Shown: piece after piece, positions 52,931-64,000 of the stretch
Position numbering within the stretch: the stretch's first letter is position 1
Layout of the letters: each line of letters opens with the position of its first letter
From: Cenococcum geophilum
Taxonomy: Eukaryota
Direction of reading: 5' to 3'
DNA length: 64,000 nucleotides
NCBI GenBank assembly: GCA_050273025.1
Contig: CP158635.1
Location: 20,522,001-20,586,000 of the forward strand
Program-made: the position numbers and the translations under genes
Notes under the pieces: model-generated
Seen by the model: only the letters and a program-made list of their open reading frames with translations
The model's database searches: none
Told to the model about the DNA's origin: nothing

Positions 52931-53645
52931 GGCATTTTTAAGATATATAGGACGCTGCTAGAGAAGCTGCGCCCTAAGGGGGGGTTCCTATTTTCCTATA
53001 TACGCAGATATAGACTAGGGAGGAGAGGTAGAGAAAGTATATCTACTAGATAAGTAATTTTACCGTATAGGGTAAATAAACGGGCGTATGGCTAGGCCAA
53101 TAGGCTAATAGTACGCGCGCATTAGCGACTTGATTAGTAGGGGTAAAGATATTTAAAGATGTCTACGGCTTAGCTATAGGCTTGGCTATAGATATCCGCG
53201 AATATTAATAGGGGTTATATATATTACGTGCGGCTTAGCAACTAAGCGGGCGCTTAGCTAAGCCGTAAACACTAATAGTATATCTACGGTTTAATTTATA
53301 TAGCTAAATCAGCCGCTAAGTTATAATTTGGTAGGTAGGAGGCCCGTGCGCTTAGCGCTATATAGATGTTACCCTATATCCACAGTCGATCTTTAATCGC
53401 TAATAACGCCGCAGTAACGTCGCGCTTTTAATACCTATTAAGCGGTATGCATAGAGCTGTCTAAGGGCTCTCTACTCGCACTAGGATGGCAAGAATTAGC
53501 TATAGGTTAATAGAGATATTTACGTTTTAGATTAGGCGCCGCTATTATATAAGTACCCTACTAAACTTATACCGCACTAAAATAAGCCCCTAAGGGGCTA
53601 TAGATAAAGGCTTTAAGAGGACTCCTTAGAAGTTAGATATATATA

Positions 53646-55870
53646 CTATTTTAAAGCTTTTTTACCTATTTAAAGCCGTTTATAAAGCTAATCTAGCGAG
53701 CACTATATCTACTTCTACTATTAATTAACCTACTATATAGCCGCTTCCTTACTAACCCTTTAGGCCTACGCGACCTACCTAATCTCCTTAATAACTTTAA
53801 GCTGTAGGGAGTACTATTAGAGCTTATTCTGCTAGCTAGCCTACTATTTACTACCCTATTTAGAATCTAGCGCTACTATAAAAGGATTACCTTTAAGCCC
53901 TTTAGTCTACTTGCGCTAAAGGGCCTGTACGGACTTTACTATATAGCATATACGATATACGGGCGGCTGCTTAGGCGGCTGCTTAGGCTTAGGCCCTTAC
54001 TGCGGCTATAGCTGTAGCTATAGCTACAGCGGCGCCAGTAAAGGGGAAGCTATAGTGCTTACCTAGGCCAATATATCCTAACTTAATTCCGTAATAGATA
54101 AAGGCGCTAGTAGACATACCATTAGTAAATATACCGTTGGTAGGTGTGCTGTTAAACATAAATATATAGATACTAAAGGGACCTTAAGCTAAAAGGTAAG
54201 GCTGCTAGATGTAAGCAATTAAAGCTACAAAGACTGTGCCTACTAGAACTCGGCTATATAGTTAAATAATGCCTATAGCTCGCGTGCTTAGGCGTCTATA
54301 GTCTTTAAGCGGTCTATAATAGCTAGCACGGCCTAGTAGAGTATTAATAGCTAGCTAGGGCCTTTTTCCTCCTACTATAGGTAGGCTTCGACCTTCTGTA
54401 TAAAGGGTAGATAGGCCTTATACTAGAAGACTAGGTGGTTCTATATAGGGCTACTTAGGAATATCTTGTGGAGGACTACTAAGTCCTATAGAATAACCTC
54501 CCAAAGATAAAATAGGAGGTTTATAGCGCCTATAGCTATAAGGTTATTAACCTAGCTAACTTAAGGGCTAAACTAACCCTTCTAGACGTCTAGCTCTGGC
54601 TAGATCGTCGACAGTAGTATATTAGGGGGGGCAACGCTTGCCCTATAAATCTTAAAGCAGCCTATCTACGGTAAATAGCCGGCTATTGTCTGTATAAACT
54701 CCTACGGCAGCGAGTTTAAGTAGCAGCCGACTATCTGCTTCTAATTTTACCTACTAGCGTATTTAATCTGGTCCTTACTAACCCCTTTTAGCTCTACTAT
54801 CTTAGCGCTAGCGCTTCGCTTAATATAGGTCTTCTTCTATAAAAAGACGCTAATGGCTTAAAATACCTTAATAACCTACTTCCGCTGTAAGTTATACGAG
54901 AAGGCCGTCTTATAGTCCCTAGCGCTGCTCTTAATTAGGTGGATATTATACTACGCTAACTACTTACTAAAGTCTAGGAACGGCTTATTGCTAAGGTCCT
55001 AGTAGTATAAGAGGTAGAAAGCTAGCCCACTAAGTATATAGATAAGCGGCTTCTTATTATATAGAGCTCTAATAGTTTTAAGGTAGCTATACTAGTTCTA
55101 CTTACTAGCGTATATAGTAAATATTAGGGGTATATAGCGCGTAAAACCTTCCCCCTTAAATTTAAAAGTAAATAGGTCTAAGATCTCGGCGGAGCGCCTA
55201 TTGCCGCTATAGGTAAGTATATAGTGGCTTAGTAGGATATCTATAAGCGTACGGAGGTAGTATTTTAGTAAGGAGTTTCCGCGGGCTTATAGCTTGCGGT
55301 AGACGCTCTTAAACTCGTCCTCTATATATCCGTTAAGTAGCGTATTCCTACCCTTATTTATAAACTGCTCCTTTTCCCGCTACGCGTTCCTCTATTATAA
55401 AACCTTTAGGTAATCCCTAACATTATTCTCCCGCGGGGACTAGTAGCTGTTTATTTCTATACCCTTCTACATCTAGTAGAGGTCCGTTAGGGTAGTAATA
55501 TAGCCGTAAACTAAGCGCTAGGAGAGCCGCGTCTTATCCTAGGGCACGTTATTACTAGCCTTACGGCTTTTTACTTTTAGTGGCTAGCCTATAACCTTCT
55601 TAACAAGGAAAAGAAGTAGCTTCTCTTCTATAATGGTATCGCCGTTATAGTACTGCTTCCGCTTATAAAAGGCCTAGGAAGACACGCGTTAGTTATAAAT
55701 ATACTACTTTATAAAGCACCTACCTACTTACCTTAAACTCTTTCTGCTTTGGCTTATAATTTAGAGACATATTTTTAGGTCTCTTGGAACGCATAAGGGT
55801 AAAGATACTCTACGCGTTAGCGCGTAGTTCGGCATTATTTGCGACGTTAATCTTTACGCAACTAATTAAT
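53646..55870 (-). pseudogene. Crypton tyrosine recombinase, copy 4
   Basis: Colinear with copy 1 at +8820 bp. Confidence 0.88.
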
Positions 55871-56481
55871 AGCATTTTTAAGATATATAGGACGCTGCTA
55901 GAGAAGCTGCGCCCTAAGGGGGGGTTCCTATTTTCCTATATACGCAGACATAGACTAGGGAGGAGAGGTAGAGAAAGCATACCTACCGGATAAGTAACCT
56001 TACCGCATAGGGTAATAAACGGGCGCACGGCTGGGCCAATAGGCCAATAGTACGCGCGCATCAGCGACTCGATTAGTAGGGGTAAAGACATTCAAAGATG
56101 TCCACGGCTTGGCTGCAGGCTCGGCCGTGGACATCCGCGAATGTCGACGGGGGTCGTATGTATCACGTGCGGCTCAGCGACTGAGCGGGCGCTCAGCCGA
56201 GCCGTGAACACCACTGTAGTTGATCGAAGGCCGAACTTCTCGCTTTGCTCCCCAAGAACCTCCACTAGTGGAGATCCTACCAAAGCTAAACTCATCCTTG
56301 ATCAAGGAACCTACAGCCTCGTATCCATTATTTTGGACGCTCTTACATACGGCCTGGATTCTGGGAACTAGAACGCAAGACTAAAAGCCCAGCCAATTCG
56401 CGCAAGTCGCAAAGCCATACCCATATATCACCGTTCCTGAGCACCTTTTAGAAGACCGCAAGTGGATTTCGACTAGGGGAA

Positions 56482-57651
56482 ATGATGGAAGAAGACGATG
56501 ATGAGTTCTACGGTCATGATGGGACGGCCAATGCTCCTGGCAGCGGTGATCAAAGCAAGCAGGACGCCTCTGCCAACGGCCAGGCCAATAACAAGGACGA
56601 CAACTTGGACGAAGAGCTCGAGTCTGGAGAGGAAGAAGAAGAGGGCAGTGATTCAGTATGCGCCGACGGCTCTATCTTTAGCTCTCACATTTACTGACTG
56701 TTTTTTCAGGATATCGAGATCATCACTGATCGACCCCAAGCTCAAAAGCCTATATCGTGAGTTCTCCCAATCTCAATCACCCCAAATTTTCAGCATACCT
56801 CTTGGAGTTACCTTGTAAGAAGTACTAACTATCATAGCCAATCCACGGTTGACTCTATAAAAGACCCCCGCGCTACCGACCAAACCTCGAGTCGCTCGCA
56901 AACACACCAGCAACAATCCGCACCCAAAGCCACCCTCTCAGCTCCCACCGCCCCTTCCGCACCACAGCAGCCAGGCTCCAGTTATCCCGAAGTGCGCACC
57001 TCCACAATTGACGTCAATGCCGACCCAGTTTACCCACCCGTCGGCAAGCCCATCTCCCAAACCGACATCGACGCCGACCTCGCGGAGAACACGAAGCCAT
57101 GGCGACTTCCTGGCGCTGACCAATCCGACTACTTCAACTATGGCTTTGACGAATTCACCTGGGAGATGTACCGGCAGCGACAAGCGACCATGACCGGCAC
57201 GCTCGCGACCCAGAAAGCCGAAACGGCGCAATTCCAGCAAATGTTCGGCGGCGCGACGTCCGTCCCCTCGACCTCTCCCGCCCCGCCCGTCCCCGGCGCG
57301 CCCACGGGCCCCGCTGCCCAGCAGGCCAGCATGGCGAACCCCATGGCCGCGATGATGGGCATGCCCGGCATGCCCGGCAGCCAGGAGGAGATGGCCACCG
57401 CGATGCAGGCTGTCATGATGCAGCAGGGGATTACGGATCCCAGCCAGCTGGATTTTAATACCTTCATGGCGAGCTTTCAGCAGCAGATGGCGGGCGGTGG
57501 CATGCCCGGACAGCAGGCGCCGCAGCAGCAGCAACAGGCGCAGGCACAAGGCTATGGACAGGGCTACGGGAATTATGCGCAACAGCAAGGCGGAGGACAG
57601 CAGTATGGTGGAAGGGGACAAGGTGGACGCGGTGGAGGGAGAAGATGGTAG
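56482..57651 (+). CDS. FIP1: Pre-mRNA polyadenylation factor Fip1 (exons 56482-56655, 56710-56756, 56838-57651)
   Basis: Acidic N-terminus, DIEII motif, Fip1 motif KPWRLPGADQSDYFNYGFDEFTWEMY, Q/G- and RGG-rich tail. GT-AG introns with branch sites keep the frame. Confidence 0.93.
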
Positions 57652-57990
57652 TTTAGGGAAAGGTTTCTTGCATTGGATGGCGTTTTTTGGTTGGATGGGT
57701 GTAGGATACCTAAAGCTGGGTTTGGTGGTCGCTTCAACGAGTCTTCCGTCGAAAGATTCACTACAGATGTCACCGAACGGCATCTAAAAGAAATATAAGA
57801 ATAAATCCGGTCATTAATTTCACAATTCAATGACACTAAGATGTCAATATGATGGGTGCGCACAGGAAGTGGCTCCTCCCGGCAGTTCCAGCTTAACATG
57901 ACCCTAGTCAAATACAGTCTAGAACAAACGCCGAGTTTTGTCTGTTTCCCATATAAGAGAATCCTCTAGGCATATTAGTGTCTTCAGTGT

Positions 57991-59092
57991 TTATTCCCCT
58001 ATCTCATCTCCGCCTCCAAACGCGCCCCCAGGTATCCGTCCCTCATTCAGCTCCTTCTCCAGTCTCGTGATCTCCGACAGGCTCTTAGCATTCCTAATCA
58101 GCCCCTCCACTCGCTTCTTCTCCTTGTCCGTCAGCTTGACGCGGGCGACCTTCGAGCCGGGCGCGGAGCCGTTGACGTCAGATGGGATGTCGAAGGTGCG
58201 AGTTTTGATGCCCATAATCTGATTAGGAATGTAGTTAGTTGGAGATTTGGACGAGAACAACACGAAGGAAATGAAGTGGGGGAGCACGTACCTTAGAAGC
58301 TAACGCTGAAGGTTCATTAGCCGTGCCAAATAGCTCCTTGGCCTGGCTGCGTTCGGAATCTTTGACCTTTTGGAAGTCGAGGAAGCGGACTGAGGGGCAG
58401 CGGTAGAGGACCCAATAGCGGTAATGCTGTCGAAAGATTCATATTATCAGTATGCTTCTAAATGTCAAACCCGTGATCTGCGAACTGGCCAACAGACGTC
58501 TGGAGTCTTATTTCAGGAAATGGAAAGCTCACTTCTCTACTTGTAACCGGATTCTGTAACAGGACCAAATGTGTCAGATTCAGAAATCCCGCCAACGGAT
58601 CCAGATCCGCGAGTTCAGAAATCTGGTTCTCAGTCAAGACCAGCGTCGTCAGGTGGGGTATCGACTTTGAAAGAGCTGGATGGATGACTGAGATGCGGTT
58701 ACGTGCAAGTAGGAGGGTGCGCAGACGGGGACTGAGCGGGAAGTTGGATAGTTGTGAAATGTCATTGTCGGTAAAGTCGATCGCGTCTTGGTCCTATACG
58801 GTCCCAGAAGAACCGGAAGTCAGAGACAGCATTACAATCGTAGTCCGGTCTAGAACAGCGTGCGAGGCAGTATAATGAGAGGGATTCAACGTACCTTCGC
58901 AGCGCCCAAGTTCTCGATAGCGGGGATCTTGTGTCCTGTAGCCTCGCAAAAGAGAATTGATATTAATGCAGCTCAAAAAAGCGTAGTATCTGCCCCTTTC
59001 AGCGAGTACGCACCTCGTAGGTCCAGCTCGCGTTCTGTGAGTGGGTTGATGTAGGAGAGGGAGTTCTGGATTAGGTCCGCTGTTAGCCTCAT
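57991..59092 (-). CDS. LEA1: U2 snRNP protein A' (leucine-rich repeat), multi-exon
   Basis: MRLTADLIQNSLSYINPLTERELDLRG..HKIPAIENLG, DQDAIDFTDNDI, HYRYWVLYRCPSVRFLDFQKVK, C-terminal LIRNAKSLSEITRLEKELNEGRIP; several GT-AG introns. Confidence 0.92.
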
Positions 59093-59409
59093 TTTGTACC
59101 GTTTCTCCTTTCTGAAGATATCTTTTGTTTGTTTGATGAGTACCGCGGCGCAAGCCGGATATCCTTCTTGAGGATTTATTGGGAGAGGACTAGAGTGTAG
59201 TCGGTCTGTGGGAGGGGCACGATGTCGCGTTGTTATGAATGGGAACTTCTCGACATTGAAAAATACCGGGTGCACTAGCGCCTTTTTGGGAAATCCCGCC
59301 TCAGGCGAAGAGCGCTTGCCCTGCTATGTCATGGGAAATCTTTCAAATTAAGATCGCAATTAATTAGAGATGCTAGAATTGTCAACCATTCATCTACTGT
59401 CTAGGCTAC

Positions 59410-62400
59410 CTATTGGAACACGTAAATTATGCCAGACCTGTCCACCGATATAATCATACCATAAGGATACTCCAATAAAGCTACATCAAGAATATTATCT
59501 AGATGACTTCTCAACAGGTGTTGCTGCTGCAAGGAAATAATAGACGACCTAGACGGCTTTGTAGAACCCCTCCTCGCTGACGTATTAGGGGTTCGGCTGC
59601 TATCTCGGACGTTGGAAGTCGACGACTGCTGGCCTTGTGGCTGTGACAGCAGCTCAGTAACAACAATGGTCTCCTGATTCGGCTGGCTGATGTTGTATTG
59701 CGGCTTAGACTCCTCTAGTTCTAGGCCGCTGACAATCATGGACGCTTCATAATGAGCAGTATCCCAGTATCGGACTTTCCAATCAGGGCCCGCAGTGACT
59801 AGGAAGAATTGTTTTGGATCGCTTCCATCGTCGGGAGGTTGTGTGCCTATCGCGAGGGATCGGATACCACGATTGATGCTTGTGCTACTTGTAGGCTCCA
59901 GTGATGTAGCGAAGCGGCCTAGCATGCCACCTGCCCTTTCTTCATCCACATCAATCAATGTCATGCTTTTGGGGCTATCCTTGCTCAAACCTGTGCGGTA
60001 GATTTCCTTGCAGAGGAGCTTCTCTAGATCCCAGACCGTTACTTCACCTTGGCCGGTACCGCCTGCGATGTATACCTTGCCTTTGCGTGATCGAACTGGC
60101 TGAAGAATTATCCGATGTATAGGAGATGAGCCGTGGAAGCCCCAGGCTTTAAGCCGCAGCTTGAATCGAAGATCCCAGAGATCTATCACACCATGAGTAG
60201 TGCCTAGAAGTAGCCAGTGATGTCGTTTATCGATACAAAAACAGGTTGGTGTACCGTGATGCAGAGGGTTCTGAAGCACATAGAGCTCGGCCATTGTTCT
60301 CAACTCCAAGGCAATAACTCGCGAAGTATTGGTGGCCAAAACCAACGTTGACTGAGTTTCGCTCTTGTAGTGCTCAGACCAAACAGCATACTCGCCATGA
60401 CGAAGTTGGTGTTGCCGTAGAACTTTCAATTTTCCGTATTTCGTCCCACCTTGCACTTGGCTGTAATCCACTTTGACCACGTGGATACTGCCATCAGTAC
60501 CCGTACATACGAAACAGTAGGTATTTTCGACAAACACGAGGCTTGAGGCTTTCGTACTCTCAGCCAGTCTGTAAGTTTGTCGGGATCGATGTGCAATATT
60601 TCGTTCCAAACGCCCAGAGTCCCAGATTTTGACGGAACCGTCGTCAGACCCAGTAATAAAGAACGAGTGATCTGGCGCAACAAGAACACGGCTAATAGCA
60701 GCGGTATGTTCGCCCATCATAGCCACTAGTGTTCCTTCAGGGCGCCATGGATTGGTGGATGAGGATGCTTGACCGTTACCACGCTTAATGGGTAGACGCC
60801 TGCTATTTGGTTGTATCTGCATCCCAAACTCAACCTCATCAACTGGATAGTTCTCTAAATAAAGAGAGTCTAGTAGTTTCAAAATACTAGGATCATTGCC
60901 AGTATAGTTATGCGCATCTTTGTACTTGATCCTCGAAGGGCTCTTCCGGTGCTGTTCTTGGGCAACTGCAAGCTGGGACTGCTGCCGACCTCTTGCCATG
61001 AAGTCGCGTTGGCTTGCACCGTCAACCTTACCGAAAGCATTCGTCGAAGTTGTTCCAGTCTCAGGAAGAGCCTTGTTGTCGTTGGGATTTAACAGACTTA
61101 TGGCGCTATTCCTATGCCGAACAACATGACTATGTTCGCCCAGGGTGATACCGCCGATGGAGCTAACTGGAGATTGTCCGCCAGGAGAATCATTGCCTTT
61201 GGGTACCGATCTAGGTACTTGAAGAGAGGTACGACGAAGTTCAACATCAGAGGAAGGCGAGTCTTGAGCTGATCGTAGTGCGCCAGGCGATGACGATAGG
61301 CTAGGTAGAGTCGGTGTAGAACTCGTTCTCATGCCAGTCTCACCTCGTACTAGTTTGTCGACCTGAGTATTTGCATGAAGCCTCTTTCGATGAGACAGGT
61401 GACCATCCTCAGAGGTGGACGCGTCAAGCAAAGCGTCAGCAATTGTACGGGGCTGCCTCTCCTCGTTTGCTGAAGTTTCCCCATCTTTGACTTGTGCTTT
61501 TTCAAAGACCTCCTTATCATTATCAAACAAAACTGTTTGAGGAATGATATCTAGGTCTTTTAATGCAATGATGTTGTTGAAATTTGAGGGGACCGTATCG
61601 GGATCGTCTTTTCGTCTGCGGTGAGCTACCCGCCAAATGAACTCTCTGAGAGCTACAAGCTTAAACTCATCTTCAACGCCCATACCAGCATTCCGCAGAC
61701 GAGTGAGCCATTGGTCATCCTCTTCATTCTTCGACAATCGGCTGAGAGCTTTTGGCCCAAGGTTTTTGGCAGAAACTGTTAGTATTGAATCTTCAGCAGA
61801 TCCAAAAGAGAAGGTTCGTTGCTGCTTCGCTGGTATCCAGAACAGCCCTTTCTCAGATTTCATGGCCCAGGTCGAAGCCATATCTAAAATCAGTCTTGGT
61901 AATGGCTTCTTCAGCGAATCTAGAAGCCTCAATTCAGAAAGATCCGAAGGAAGCACTTTAAGATAGGTTTTGATGAGAGGAAGGACAATGCTGTGGGTAT
62001 CAGCAATCGACAGAAACTTTGCAGCAGAGGATATAAAATGTGCGGCGGCTTCTCGAATCCAAATGTTCGGATGCATTGTGAAGCGTCCGACGATATCAAC
62101 CAATTCCCAGGTCTTGGATCGCTGGAACAAACCAAGCTCTGCCATAGATGAGAACGATCTCAGGACCCTTTCCACAACAAACTCCTCCGGGTCCGTCAGT
62201 GCCTGAACCATTAACGGCAGAATAAATTCTTCAAGACTTGGACCCCCAACATATATTGCTACACCAACGATAGTCTCGAAGAAAGCGCATTTCAACATCC
62301 AATCGCGGTCATTGAGGTAGGTATTCAGATGGCTTAGTATAACGTCGTTCGCTTTAGTGCTTCCAAAAAATACACACAAAGTCGAGACAGATCCTAGCAT

Positions 62401-64000
62401 AGCTCGTCGGACAGCCGAGTCGCTGTCTGTCAAAAGGGCTTTAGTCTGGACTTCAAATTGTGATACAAGGTCGTCTCGAGCTACATCAAAAAGAGTTTGA
62501 TACACAGAATGACTCATACTGTCATCTTCAGCTTCAGGATCGCTGGTGGGTAAAGACCCGTCAGCACGTAGTGCCTGCATCATATCCAAGAACCTAGATG
62601 CGGTGCTGGCCAATGTAGCCATACAAGAGGCATATGTCATTCTTACCAGGGCACTTGGTTTCGTCGGCGATCCAGGCGCGAAGGGCTGGAGTCTTGGAAG
62701 TATGTATTCTGGGAAGATGTATGCGTTAATTGGCGAGACAACGGAGACAAGAGCAAGCTGTTTCACAGTAAGTTTGCTAAAAATAAAGAAAATAAAGTGA
62801 AGTTGGACGAAAAGGGATACGTACAAGCTGAGTCAAAGTGCGAAGTGCTGTTACCTTTACTAGGTCTGATTTATCGTTCAAGAGTGTCATCACGTATGGT
62901 AGAATACGATCAAGTTTTGCCTCATCTGTGGTTCTTTCCGCGAAGGCTAGCAATAGTTCACATGCGCGAATGCGAGCAGATGCCCTAGCTGTGCCCCTTA
63001 GGGAGGATACAACAATAGTGAGGAAGATGAGAGTTCCGTCATCTACCGATTTTCCTGAAGTAGGCGAGGCTTGGTGCTGGTAGTTCGGTATGTTGATAAA
63101 AAGTGGGAAGAGGTCATTGTCTAATTTGGAGGTAGGTTGGGGTGCTCTGCTTGGCTCTTTTCCATTCTCCTGACCCAAGAAGTATGAGATCTTGTCGAAG
63201 TCGTTATAGATCTTCTCAATCCGGTCATCGGATTCTCCAAGGTTCTCGGTTCCTGCAGTCACTGGTCTTCGACCTGAGGTAGGATCCGTAATGGTGTACA
63301 TGTACTGCTGAAGAAATCCGTAGAAGTAATCTGGGAAGGCTTTGTGACGCCAGAAGTTTAAATACTCGTCCGCTGAATATCTCGACTCAGGCTCTAATTG
63401 GATCATGTGGGAGACCATTTCGCGAATATCTTTATCGTGAATTTTGCTGAGGTGTGTGTGTTCAGGCTCATACTCACCTTGGCGATATTTAAACAGCTGG
63501 CTCAATGAGAAGATAGGGGTTTCTAGGAATAACTCCGCAATCACACACCCAACGCTGAAAATATCCATCGCCCAGGTGACACCTGTCTCTCCGGGCTGTG
63601 CTCCAGCAGATAAAAACCTCTCCGGTGCCAAATAGCATGTGCGACGCCCAGAGGTGTCAAAATAAAAAGAAAAGTCTGCAGGATTGTCCTCTGGGAGATA
63701 AGTAGGTTTAAACGACGAAGAAAAGTCTGATAGATACAACCAGTTCCAGGAAGTAACTAATGAATTTTCCGTCTTTATGTCACCGTGATATATGTTCCGA
63801 GCATGACAATCACGGACAGCACATAGTAGTTGGAACGAGAGCCATTTCTTCTCAATGTCCTCGAGAAATGGCCGAGTACTGTGTGCATCAGCTGCAGTTC
63901 AAGACAAATATTTGAAAACATACCTCATGCGATCATATAACGAACTATGAATGTATTGCCGGACTAAATATCCATTTGTGCTCGTTTCCAAGATGCGGTG
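59410..64000 (-). CDS. VPS15: Vps15 / phosphoinositide 3-kinase regulatory subunit 4 (kinase-HEAT-WD40); 5' end outside the window
   Basis: HGDIKTEN, DFSSSFKPTYLPEDNPADFSFYFDTSGRRTCYLAPERF, HEAT region (NDVILSHLNTYLND), WD40 repeats. Introns near 62757-62822 and ~63880-63923. Confidence 0.96.

Larger units (their letters stand above)
44455..56213 (-). mobile_element. Tandem array of four complete 2940-bp Crypton-F (tyrosine recombinase) transposons
   Basis: Units start at 44455, 47395, 50335 and 53275 (last unit 1 bp shorter). Each encodes a RIPed YR/Ndc10-II-like + GCR1_C-like protein on the minus strand. No LTRs, RT or DDE motifs seen. Confidence 0.92.

Noticed and set aside
44455..56213. 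Array as rDNA, satellite, Helitron or Starship captain
   Set aside because: No rRNA or Rep/helicase motifs. The 2.9-kb cargo-free unit with YR + GCR1_C-like motifs fits Crypton-F rather than a DUF3435 captain.
56938..57911. Antisense and alternative-frame ORFs over FIP1 (up to 281 aa)
   Set aside because: Shadow ORFs of a GC-rich, low-complexity coding exon.
59795..63635. Small ORFs opposite or within VPS15
   Set aside because: Shadow frames of a conserved gene. The two long VPS15 ORFs are exons of one gene, not separate genes.

Overview
Filamentous-ascomycete (Pezizomycotina-type) genomic window. Positions ~127-56213 are an AT-rich, RIP-mutated transposon block (pervasive C->T/G->A changes, TpA excess, all long ORFs broken). 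It contains nested Ty3/Gypsy and Ty1/Copia LTR elements resolvable by TSDs, solo or partial LTRs, hAT remnants and several MITEs. Positions ~56214-64000 are ordinary gene-dense DNA with FIP1 (+), LEA1/U2A' (-) and the 3' part of VPS15 (-). Main highlight: a head-to-tail array of four 2940-bp Crypton-F tyrosine-recombinase elements (44455-56213). The copies are joined by att/lox-like inverted-repeat junctions, show an A-B-A-B copy pattern, and are integrated into the terminal inverted repeat of a MITE that carries the same arm motif. Second highlight: three Gypsy elements carry antisense, intron-containing accessory genes before their 3' LTR, and two of these encode homologous Zn2Cys6-like/coiled-coil proteins. 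All TE protein motifs below were read manually with RIP changes mentally reversed, so exact residues are inferred.
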